Assembly: GCF_037042905.1 (NCBI RefSeq)
Contig: NC_087251.1
Span: 48,610,001-48,674,000, forward strand
Origin: Lytechinus pictus
Taxonomy: Eukaryota
Length of the DNA: 64,000 nt
Reading direction: 5' to 3'
Of the stretch, positions 38,701-50,700 are shown in pieces (the first letter of the stretch is position 1; the number at the start of each line of letters is the position of its first letter). The position numbers and the translations under genes are program-made. The notes beneath the pieces were generated by a model. It did no database searches. It was not told the DNA's origin and saw only the letters and a list, made by a program, of their open reading frames with translations.

Positions 38701-41700
38701 GTTGCACTAGCGCGGACTACATGGTGGCCATCTGAGAATCCTCTGATTTTGACACAACCAACATTTTTCAAATCACCAAAATTGATATATAAGTTTGAAC
38801 TGTGTGCTTGTCTTCGTGCAAATATAGGTATTAACAGGTTTGCAAAAAGACTATATTGTGGCTATATGGTGAAATGAGCTCATTTGAAATATGTTCAAAG
38901 GTATCATGATCATTGGCATATCGTATATTGTCACATATATTGTGTAATAGCAAGGCGGCCATCTTGAAATCAAATACCGCAGATGCAAGTTCTGACATTG
39001 GCAATGTTTTTTTAGACATCGAAAACACTTGAACTCCTAAATATGGACAGAGGGTATGTTGATTTCTGCAGCCATATTTGAATTCAAAATGGCGGCCCCA
39101 GAGGGTGTTATTTCTTAATTTCAATTTTGCAGACTTCTGATATAGATTATGATAATAAGTAATAACTTTCTGGACAAAAAAACACAGGAATAGTCGTTTA
39201 GATTTAACTCCAAGGTGAAATAGCAAAAAAAAAAAAAACCTGCACAAAACGAGCGCAAAAGTAATTTTATTTTGTCGGCCATCTTGGAATTCAATATGGC
39301 GGACCTCTGACATAGATTTTAACACTGCCATCATGTTCCTAGACACTGAAAACATGGGTAAAGACGTTTGAATCTCAGTCCTAGGTGCAATAGAACAGGA
39401 GATATGGCCAAAAGTATTATGATTTTGGCGGCCATATTGGAATTCAAAATGGCGGCCCCCAGAGGGCGCTTTTTTTTTTTTGATCCATTTTTTTTTACAA
39501 TCCTCATGTATCATAGATACCATGTGCAAAATGTCATGCTTTCTTCAAAAAGTGAACGATTTTGGTGCTTAGCCGCTCTAGGGGGGTTTATGCATTTGCA
39601 GTTTTTATCAATTATCATATTTCACACTCACCAGAATTCATCCCTTCTATATACATCAGCTGCAATAAATACTCCATCCAAAAAGAAGGTATGCACACCT
39701 GTTAATCAAGAAGGAAGAGGAAGAAAATAACCTTTTTAATTATCAACCTTCTAATACACTGTATATATCAAAATATTGCTTAAACATCAACCACAACAAC
39801 AATAATGCTTAAACAGCAAAATATTGCTTAAACAACAATAATGCTTAAACAACAAAATATTGCTTAAACAGCAACCACAACAACAATAATGATAACGATA
39901 AAGCAGAAGGCTGTTTTTGTCATGTTTATTTTTTTTTATAGGCCAAGTGCCTGAATTTTTTTGTTGTTGTAAACAAACATACATGTATATGTTTTCTTAT
40001 CTTACACTATTTTGTATGTTAGACATGTTATTTTATATGCCAACGTCATCTGAACTTTTATATGTGATCCATTATATCATGAATGTTTTGTTATGTATAT
40101 TTTCAATTCAATTCAAATTCAATTTATTCTTGATAATAATAAAAACATCATCAAATTGTACATTCGTATATAGAAATGTCATTACAAGAAAAGGAGGGCA
40201 ACAAAAAGTTTACACTTGAAAATAAGAAGCCTCCAAAGAATACAGTAATTAATATATGTACACATCAGATGAAGAGTGGGGGGGAAACGAAACATGCTCA
40301 TTCACACACAGACACATCCACCGAGAAACATCGTCATCATCACACACAAAAGCACACCCGAACATCCATCATCTTGGTTCATTCATTAACAAAAATAATA
40401 CATATATAAATGAGGTGAGTTTGAATTCAAATTAGGAATAGGTACTAATAATGATCTTTTTGAGTTTGCATTTAAACGAAGAAACAGTTGAACATGAAAA
40501 AAGGCATACATTGAGATTATTCCAGATTCGTGGTCCGGTAAACTTAAAAGAGTTCAGAATTAAGGTTGAAGCTGTTTTAGGGTAATGAAAGCTATTAGCA
40601 GAGCGAGTATTGTATCGGTGAAAGTCGTAGTTATATTGAAAAAGATTGATGATATTAATAGGAGCATATCTATATATATCTAACTGCCTGCATAAGTGTA
40701 GCAATCTTAAATTTATGAATATCGTAGACTGTCATTGTTTTTAATCTAAAAAATAATGGCCCTGATGGTGTCAGATATGGAGAATTGGTGCAAATGCGTA
40801 GTGCTTTTTTCTGGAGTTTGTGGATACAATCCAATTTAGTTATTCCAACACTGGCCCATGTTATGTTGCAATATTGAATATAAGGTAGAATCAAAGAGTT
40901 ATATAGCATAATTAACTTCTTTTCAGGTAATATGGATTTCAATTTACACAGTATTCCTACACTTTTGGATATTTTGTTACAAATATGTATACGATGATTA
41001 GTAAAAGTTAATTTATCATCTAAAATTATACCTAGAAATTTGACTTTTTTAGTTACATTCAGAATTGTCGAACCTAGTTTTAATTTAACAGCAGATATAT
41101 CATACGAAATGTTTGGTTTACAAAAATACATAACATTGGTTTTATCATAATTTATTATTAATTTATTGGCTCCAAACCAGTCTGTCACTTTGCATAACTC
41201 TTTCATAGTTTCATTTAAAAGTTCATTAAAATTACTATGTGAAGAAATTATATTAGTGTCATCTGCGAAAAGTATAAAGCGAAAAAAAGAAGATACATAA
41301 CATAAATCATTGACATACAAAATGAATAAAAGTGGCCCCAATATTGAACCTTGCGGTACTCCGCATTGAACTTTAGAATAAGAAGATTGACAGTTATTAA
41401 AAAAGGTGAATTGATATCTATTGTTTAAGTAACTAAAGAACCAATCCCATGCTATGCCCCGAATACCAAAATGTTTTAATTTATACAGAAGAATTTTATG
41501 ATCAATAACGTCGAATGCTTTGCTGAAATCAAGGAAAATGCCAAAAGAGTGTAGATTATTTTCAAAGGAGTTAATAAGTACATTATGTAAATCAATATTA
41601 AAGAGCATGTTCACATGAGTGTCCTGGTCTGAAACCATATTGGGCATTATTTAGTAATTTGTTTTTGTTTAAATAACAAAGTGTTCTATTGTATACAATC

Positions 41701-44700
41701 TTTTCCAATATTTTCGAAAAACAAGGTAGTAAAGTTATTGGTCTGTAATTCGAAAAGAGATGTTTATCACCTTTTTTGTGTACAGGGATTTTTTACCTAT
41801 CTTCATTTTGTTAGGGACTTTACCGGAACAAAAAGACAAGTTTATGACATGAACTAGTGGATCAGCTATAAGTTGGATAACCTTTTTGACTAAATTAGTA
41901 CAAACATCATCAAAACCTGTACTATCAGTACTTTTGAGCTTAGTTACAATATTTATTATTTCATTAGCATTTGTTGGATTTAAATATAACGATTTACTAC
42001 AAGGATTCTTTAAATATGAAGTAAATTTAGAAATGACTGATTTGTCCAACTTTGAACGAGCTAATAAAGCAATATTAGAAAAATATATTAAACTCTTCAA
42101 CAATGTCTTCATCTCTATCTATTTTATTACCATCTTTTATGAAAAATGAGGGGAAATCAGACTTTTTGCCTTTGCCAATTAAGTTGTTTAAAATTTTCCA
42201 TACCTTAGAAAGATTATTTTTATTTGCTTGTAATAATTCGCAATAATATTGCTTACGGGCAAGCTTTAGTGTATTATTTAATATATTACGATATCTTTTT
42301 AATTTAGTATGCGATTGAACATCACATTTAATACAAAATATCTTATAGAGTCTATTTTTCTTATTAATACATCTTAGAATAGAAGGAGATACCCAAGGTT
42401 TCCTTGGAACATATTCTTTTTACGACATTTCTTTTGACACTTTTTATCTACAGCTTCATTGAATTTATACAAGAATCGTTCATAAGCAAAGTCAACATTG
42501 TCAAATAATAATACATCAGTCAAACTAATCTCAGAGAGATCTTTTTTCAAAGCATTGATAGTTGTAGAGTTTATACATTTCATAGTATAATTTGACTGAT
42601 GTGATCTAAAAGCATTCTCAATGCGTTTATTTTCAGTCATAGAAAAAACGGGTAAATGGTCAGTGATGTCATTATATAGGATACCAGCTTTAACATTTTT
42701 ATCACACACATTTGTAAAAATATTATCAATGAGAGTCATCGATGAGTTATTGATTCGAGTGGGTCTATTGATTAGGGGGCGAAAAGAGTTATCGTAAACA
42801 ATATTTACAAAGTCATTTATATAATTTACAGTTAAAGAATTCATTAAATTAATGTTAAAGTCTCCCATTATATAGGTTTCTTTACTTTCATTTGTTATTG
42901 TACGTAAACATTCGTTCAGAGCTATATTGAAATCATAAATGTTTATATGTGGGTCTCTATATACGACAGCAACTATGATATTTTTATGTTTAGGTATACT
43001 TATCTCAATAAAGAGAGATTCACAAAGGTTGAGAGATAAATGAAGATCTTGTCTCTCAATAACATTGAAAGTATTTATATGTATAAACATCGCAACACCG
43101 CCACCTTTGCTTTTCAATCTATCACTATGAAAAAGAGTATAATTATTAATATGAAATAACGATAAGGGTGTTCGCTCATGTATCCAAGTCTCGCTAAATC
43201 CGTACACAGAAAATTGACAATTTAGTTCGCATATGAAATCATGAATTGTATCAAAATTCTTATACATGCTTCTTGAATTGAAATGGATTAAACTAAGATC
43301 AAATTCAGTTGTCAATCTCGTTTCTTGACTTGCTTTAAATTCTTCAGGTAGCCAATACTTATTATTGACATCAAATATATCGGCATTCCGGTCAGGATCG
43401 ATAGTATCAATTAGATCATCAAAATCACTGTTTTCATCATACAAAATACTATCATCAATCAAGGTATTTTCATTGTGGAATAGATTACCAAACTCACAAT
43501 CAGAGATATTACTATAGAAACAGGAAATCACACACTTTCATCACCACTCACTAAAATGTAAAAATAACAAAAACAATATAGCCTAGGTTACTACTCGTTA
43601 TAAAAAAGGAAACATCTAAGATTATATAGAAATCGAAATATCATTAAAAAGCAAATGCCAGAGGGAAATATGGTGTGTAGTTATTTATGGTTTATACTTT
43701 TCATTGATTGTTTATAATTTGTCCAGATTATAAACAATCAATGAAAAGTATGATGAAAAGGATCAATAAAACATGAATTACAAAAAAAAAACAATAATGA
43801 TAGCATTGAAATTATGAATTAAATGTGCATTTCCTGCATGGAAATTCTTTTGAAGTGAAATAAGGATTTTTTTCATATTTTCATCAAATGTGGGGGTATT
43901 ATGGTCTAATGGTCAAGACTCTCATCTTTCAATCTGAAGGACGTGGGATTGATTCAAAGCCATGGCGTGTTTTCCTTCAGCAAAAAATTTACCCACATTG
44001 TGCTGCACTCAACCCAGGTGAGGTAAATGGGTACTGGCAGGAAGTAATCCCTAAAAAAGCTGTGTTCACCAGAATTGGTAGACTAGCTTAGCCGGGGTAA
44101 CGTAGGAGTGCCTTGAGCACCTAGCTAGATGGATACATGCGCAATATAATGTAAATGCTATATTATATTATCAAATCCAGCTTTACTTGTCGATGCTAAT
44201 GATAAATTCAATAGCTTCCTCTTTCTCCTACTTTCTAAGAACACAGATAAAAAATGATAAAGTTATTATCACAATTACTGAGGTGTATCATAATGATAAA
44301 TACTTGATATGAAAATGTGTTTTGCGCCTGGGGGGGGGGGACCACTTCCATTGACAAATGGATACCATGCATGACCAAAAAAACACGTAAAAAGGATCTC
44401 TTTTTCAAGATAGGGCACGTTACGTACGTAACATAATATGGGTGTCAAAAACACTAAAATAATAAAATAAGGGTATATATTTCGCTAGGAAACTACATGT
44501 ATACGGTCCAATTTGCGAGGGTATAAAGACTAAAATATCTTTTTGCCCCAACACTATGTGTTTAAGGTCCGATTTGAGCGAGGTGTTTGGGTGGTACTAG
44601 AACCAACGAAAGTCAAGGTAAAGCTGACGTCCGTGATCACGATCGTGATTTGTACTTGTTTATGGGGTCAGTTCAGGGAATACTTGTCAAGGGTACTGTT

Positions 44701-47700
44701 TTGTTTCCAATACTTGTTAAGGGTAGGGTTTCACACGCCAATACTTGTTAAGGAGTGCATTTTCAGAACATGGAAAATACTTGTTTAGGGTGCATTTCAA
44801 AACCCCATGGTCATGCATGTTATCCACTTGTCAATGGAATTGACCCCCAGGGTTTTGCGTAATGACAATTAATCCACTTTTATCATGGTTTGGTGGTAAG
44901 AAAACTTGAATTATTATCAAGAGAAGTAAAACATACTTACCTAAACACTGAACTGAAACATCACCTTTAGAATTGACAGCAAATTCTCCAACAACCCAGC
45001 CCTGCAAGATATGAGTGATAAAAAAACAATATTTCTCATAAAATAGGTTAAAATTTGTTAATGGCAGTTTCATTAAATGTAGCTGAAAACAGAAGAATCA
45101 TTTTCTTTTTAGTGTACATGTATCAATAATGGAAACCAATAAAAGAATACCGTACATACCAGTATCTGAAAATTTTAAACTGAAATATTTTTTAACTCTT
45201 ACTTGGCTGGGCTGAATGACAAGAAAAAAAAAATACCATGTTTTTACCTCCAAAAAATCTTCTTCATTGAAGTAAAGTGATAAAGTCAGCTTTAATTTGT
45301 ACAAAACAAGTAGTTAATCTTACTTGTTTCTTTACAAACGTTAAGTCCATTGACATTGCATTACCCCATACATTTTTCCCATCATATATTGTAAGGGAAA
45401 CTTGGAAGGAAAAAGAGATTATTCAATGACGATTCCTTCCTGCGAATCAAAATCCAACTCTAGAATCTATCATTATGAAATTATTAATGATCTGATGCGA
45501 AAAATCTTTTAGGGACTATAAACAGAGGAGATTTTTTCATTGACTGTTAGTCTTAACATGGATGAAAATTAATATATAGATGAATACCGTGATGAAGTGG
45601 TTCTGACTCTCGCCTTGTAAACAGAGGGTCGTGTGTTCGAATCCCACCGCGGTCTAGCGTCCTTTGGCAAGGCGTTAATCCACACTTTGCCACTCTCGAC
45701 CCAGGTGCTAAGTGGGTACCCGGTAGGATGCAAAAGATATTGTATGTTTGAATTTGCCAGCACCATAATGAGGCTGCAATGAATGCAAGGAATGCTCCCC
45801 AGGGAGTGGAAATTATGCACTTTTTGTGCGGGATTGAAATGAATCCAATGACCGGGGTAATAATATGCTGTAACGCGCTTTGAGCCATTCTGGGAAAAGC
45901 GCTTATATAAAATTTGGCTATTATTATTATTATTATCATGGAAACTAAGACATCCTTTCATGACAATTGTCAGCACTGACAAGTTGTCATGAAAGAATAG
46001 TAATGATATATTATTTATTTATATTTACCTGCCATTCAGTAATAGCTAATGATCCTAAAGATGATATCAAGTCATTCCAGTTGATATCGGGTGCTATTTG
46101 AACCCTCTCACCAGCTTTCTGTGTTAATGACCGTGAAAAGGAAATGAATATTTGCTCAAATTCTATTCACACACAATAATTATAAATAATTTAGTATTCA
46201 ATTCTCAAATTAATAAATCATTCATACAAATAGTATGAATAACACATTGAGCAATATAAATAAAATCATTTCCCAGAAAATTAAATAACCTGAAAAAGGG
46301 ACATGAAATTAAGATCATAAATATACTTGAATACAGTAGTAAAAATATGACAGGCACAAAGCCTACATACAAAATATACAAAATACATATCATCTTCACA
46401 TTTTAATCACATCATCATGTGATTAAATTATAAGTAAATCGTTCATTTGTTGGTAGTTCCAATTATATTTTAAGGGGCATGATCATAAATGGAGCATTGG
46501 AATCTCAAATTCAAATTAATTGTAAGTCCCAAAGCCAAGCGTAAGTCCTTTGATTGAATAAAAATTTGTAATTGTCTTTGTTTTCAATTGTTGTGAGCGG
46601 AAGCGTCGGGTCAGCCGGGTTTCTCTACTCTACAAATTTACTTGGATTTTGCCACTTTTTAACTTTCTTCATTGTATTTTACCTTATATGTGTGTTGCCT
46701 ATTAAAACTGTACATAGTCAACCAAGTGATTCATTTTACTGCTATTATTCATCAACGTGTGATTTTAATCAACGATTGGCAGCGGATATGTAGCAACTAT
46801 TACTACGATCCCACTAACTGACTTTCGTGTTATATTTTTGTATATTTGATTTCCACCGAACTCCACTCATGTACTCGATTCATTTAAATTGGAAATGTCA
46901 GGAAACTATATCAAACCTGTTACCTCAACCAAATTCCTGGGTATTACTATTGACGTAAATTTATCTTGGAAAACTCATATAGCTCAAATTAACAAAACTA
47001 TATCTAGAAATGTTGGTGTCATAGGCAAACTTCGCCATGTCTTGCCTCTATCCGTTTTGCTAATGTTATACAATACTCTTTTTTTACCGTATCTCAATTA
47101 CTGCAATATTGTTTGGGCAAATACTCATCCAACCAAACTCAAATGTTTATACCTCCTGCAAAAGAGGGTTGTCAAATAATTACACTTTCTTATTATCAAG
47201 CCCATTCTAGCCCACTATTTAAACAACTCAATATATTGGATGTATACCAGTTAAATGACTATATGTGTGCAATTCTCATATTTAAACATGTAAACACTGA
47301 ACTTCCTAAATACATATCGGATATGTTTGTAAAGAACAGTTTAATTCATTCTTATAATACTAAAAAACAGGAATCAATACCACAGATGGAATGTGAATAC
47401 AGAATTTGCTTTTTATTCATGTAGGCATCATGCTCCTGCAATCTGGAATTCACTCCCTGCATGTACAACCTCAATTTCATTTTATAACAGATTTAAGCAC
47501 AATGTAAATCTATATTTGATCAAACGTGACTCTCGTTGAATATTAAATGATTTTTGTCGTCTTTCTACTCTCAACCCCCCCCCCCCTCTGCTTTTGATTC
47601 TCTCCTACCCTTTACATGTATGTTTGTTCTGGGTTTGTCTTGGTGCAAGACGCAATTCATTTTTATTAACTGAATATTTACTGAATTTGTTCTCCGCTTT

Positions 47701-50700
47701 CATTAACTGATCAAATCTTATGTTATTAAGGGAGCTGTCTTGACAAGACCTTTATGCTTTTTTTACAGCTTTACCTTATTTCAATACTTTTTCTATTTAA
47801 TATGCATGCACACTATTGAATTACTTTATACTATCTTGAATTGCATGTTTTTATCCAATGTGTTGTAAAATGTTTTTAATATTGGAATTGAATAGAGTTG
47901 AACTGAACTGAACTAAACTTTCATGCTACACCCTACCACACTTGCTTGTTGGATATACTCTTAATTTGCAATAGAAAATCAGTTTCTTGCAACACCCCAA
48001 AATATGATTTTTATAATAATACTGAGTTATATAGCGCAGAAACTATATGCGTATATTCTACTGCGCTGTAATTAAATCGAGCTTATGAAATGCTTGAAAA
48101 ACAAGTTTAGAAAAGGGGGGAAAAATAATGTATGGGAATTAATTGCAAAGGTGTTAAGTCAATGCACTTTGAACGTTTCTACTAATAAAAGGGTCTATTA
48201 TTGCAAACCATTCCATAAATTTGGGGCTGCACAGTTGAAAGCATGATCTCCCAAAGTAAGCTTTGAATTATGAGTGGGGATGTGAAGGAGCAAATTATTG
48301 TGAGAACTGCGCAGGTTGTGACAGTGTCTGTGAACTTTTCTTTGTAAAAGCTCAGAAATGTAGCTGGGGCTTGGACAAAGTTTAGGACAAAGTAAACATC
48401 ATAAATGCACAAGTACAGTATAGATAAAATATGTTTGTTTAAACTTTATTTACTACTATGTCAACTGTACGAGACTGACTTACTGTTTGAGAATATGTTT
48501 TCCATTTTATCACCCCACCAGCCGCAAGTTCAGAATAAAATGCAGCTTTCCTATCATGCCTATGCCTTGAAACACTCCCAATGCCTCCCAAGAACTCAAG
48601 GGGATCCCCATCAACTTCAGACTTTCCAATCACAAAGGGACCTGAAAAACAAAATGTAATAACAAATGTTCAGAACTTCTTTATACATTTGAAATTACTT
48701 GATCAGAGCAATAATAGTTGTCATAAACAATGTATTATGCAAAAAATTGTAAGGTTTTTAGAAAAGGCAGAATTTGAATATAACTTTGAAGGGTTCAAAA
48801 CGACCTACTTGCAAATAACATTCAGCTTTGAAAATTGTGAGTGAAATGATTTACCAATGAAATGCCAATGGTTAACAAATTGGCTAACTTTCCCAATGAG
48901 CTTTGTTGCTTGCTTGAAACATGTTGTGGCTTTTGCTTTCTCTCCTCTCTCTAAATAAAGGCTTCCAAGATATGACCTGCAAAGAAATGTGAACATGAGA
49001 AACCAAATTGATATCATATTTGTTTGTTCTGCGATATTCTTCTTTTTTTTATTTACTGCTTCAGAAAGAGACATTGCATCACAAAAAAAAAAAGAATTAC
49101 ACATTTGCAGAAAAGGTCATTTTGAAAGGATTTGAATCCGATGTTCACACATCTTAATGTTATTGACATCACAATGAATAAGACTATCATTTCATACACC
49201 AACGTCGAAGTGGTAGAATATTAATAAAATAAACAAAAATGCCAAGGAACTAGATAATCAAGAACCAAATACAGCATTGCTTCATATTGCCTTGATTTCA
49301 GATCATTATGTACACATATTATATTGTCGTTATTGATATCACAATGTTAAGATTATCATCTTATACACCAATAAAGCAGTAGAATATCAAAGAAATAAAC
49401 CAGCTACCAGAAAAAAAATCAAGAAACAAATACTTTCAAATCCAGCATTGCTTTATATTGCTTGTATTTCACTAAATTTAATGTCAACAAATGTTCAAAT
49501 TAATCTACTACATTTTTGCAATGTCATACTCACCAATTCCACCCATTTAAATTCGTAGCTGACAAAGATTTTAGAAGGCACACAATAGCTTGATCAACCT
49601 AAGACATAAGTTGAAAATGAATGCATAAATAATTGAGGGTATCTCATTTAAACGTGCAAGAGATAATTGTAAATATGTGCAGTGGGCATAACTTTCACAG
49701 TAGACGAAGCTATGCAATAACAAATGTTATTGAAATATTGCATATTTTAAAGATAAAAAGAGGCCATAATCACAAAAATCTTAGATAAATGTGCAACATA
49801 GAACATTGTATTATTTCAATATTCTATACCTGACAAAGCTTTTTGACCTTGCCTCATGTAAAGTACAAAATCAATCTTTACCATAACCCACCAAGGTGAA
49901 GTAAAATGGAGGAGGGGGGGGGACTCCTCAATCCTACAAGTACATGCAGGAAAACGTATTTTCAATTTCTACTTTAGAAAACAATACATAGGATTTTTTT
50001 TCATATTCATCACAATTGATAATCATTGATATAATATTAGTGACCACACGTTTTCAAGATTTTTTTTTTGGAGGGGGAGGGGTGATATCGATTTCAAACT
50101 ATATCAGCCATTCAAGGCTTTATGCAACATTTCATAACACTCCTTCAAATATCCCACAAGGGTCACAGAGTGATTTTGGAAGGGGAGGGGCTGACATTGT
50201 TAAAAAATCACAATCAGATGGTGATTTATTTTTTACACGTTTACTTTAAAAGGTGGGGGGGTGTAACTCCCCACATTCTGCAGCCCCTGGCTTACTTCAC
50301 TGAAGGTCAAGTCCACCCCAGAGAAATATTGATTTGAATGAATAGAGAAAAATAAAACTAGCAAAACGCTGAAAATTTCATCGAAATTGGATGTAAAATA
50401 GGAAAGTTATGACATTTTAAAGTTTCATTTATTAAAAAAAAAAACAGTTATAATATGTATTACACAATTCAGTGACATGCAAATGAGTTAGTCAATGATG
50501 TCCCTCACTCACTATGTCTTTTGTTTTTTACTGTTTAAAGTATACACTATTTCATTTTTTCTTACAGATTTGACAATAAAGACCAACTTGACTGAACCAT
50601 AAAACAAGGCTAATTCCACATGTTCAGGGAGGAATTAATTGTTGTTTCACTTGAAAACGAGGAGAAAATTAGAATATTTCAAATAATAAAATACAAAAGA

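Larger units (their letters stand above)
26781..39580 (+). mobile_element. Academ-superfamily (AcademX-type) DNA transposon, about 12.8 kb, antisense in intron 8 of the hydrolase gene
   Basis: Imperfect TIRs of about 165 bp: 26786-26950 (CGGCTAAG..CAAATCGTTCACTTTTTGAAGAAAGC..GCGCCCTCTGG..GGCCGCCATTTTGAATTCCAATATGGCCGCCAAAAT) versus 39422-39580 (ends ...CTTAGCCGCTCTA). Encodes transposase + XPG-like nuclease + Cys8 finger, the defining AcademX architecture. Left terminus degenerate; no TSD seen. Confidence 0.85.

Noticed and set aside
38831..39730. 232-aa and 120-aa ORFs near the right Academ end
   Set aside because: Translations of palindromic subterminal repeats (recurrent RHFEF/KMAA).
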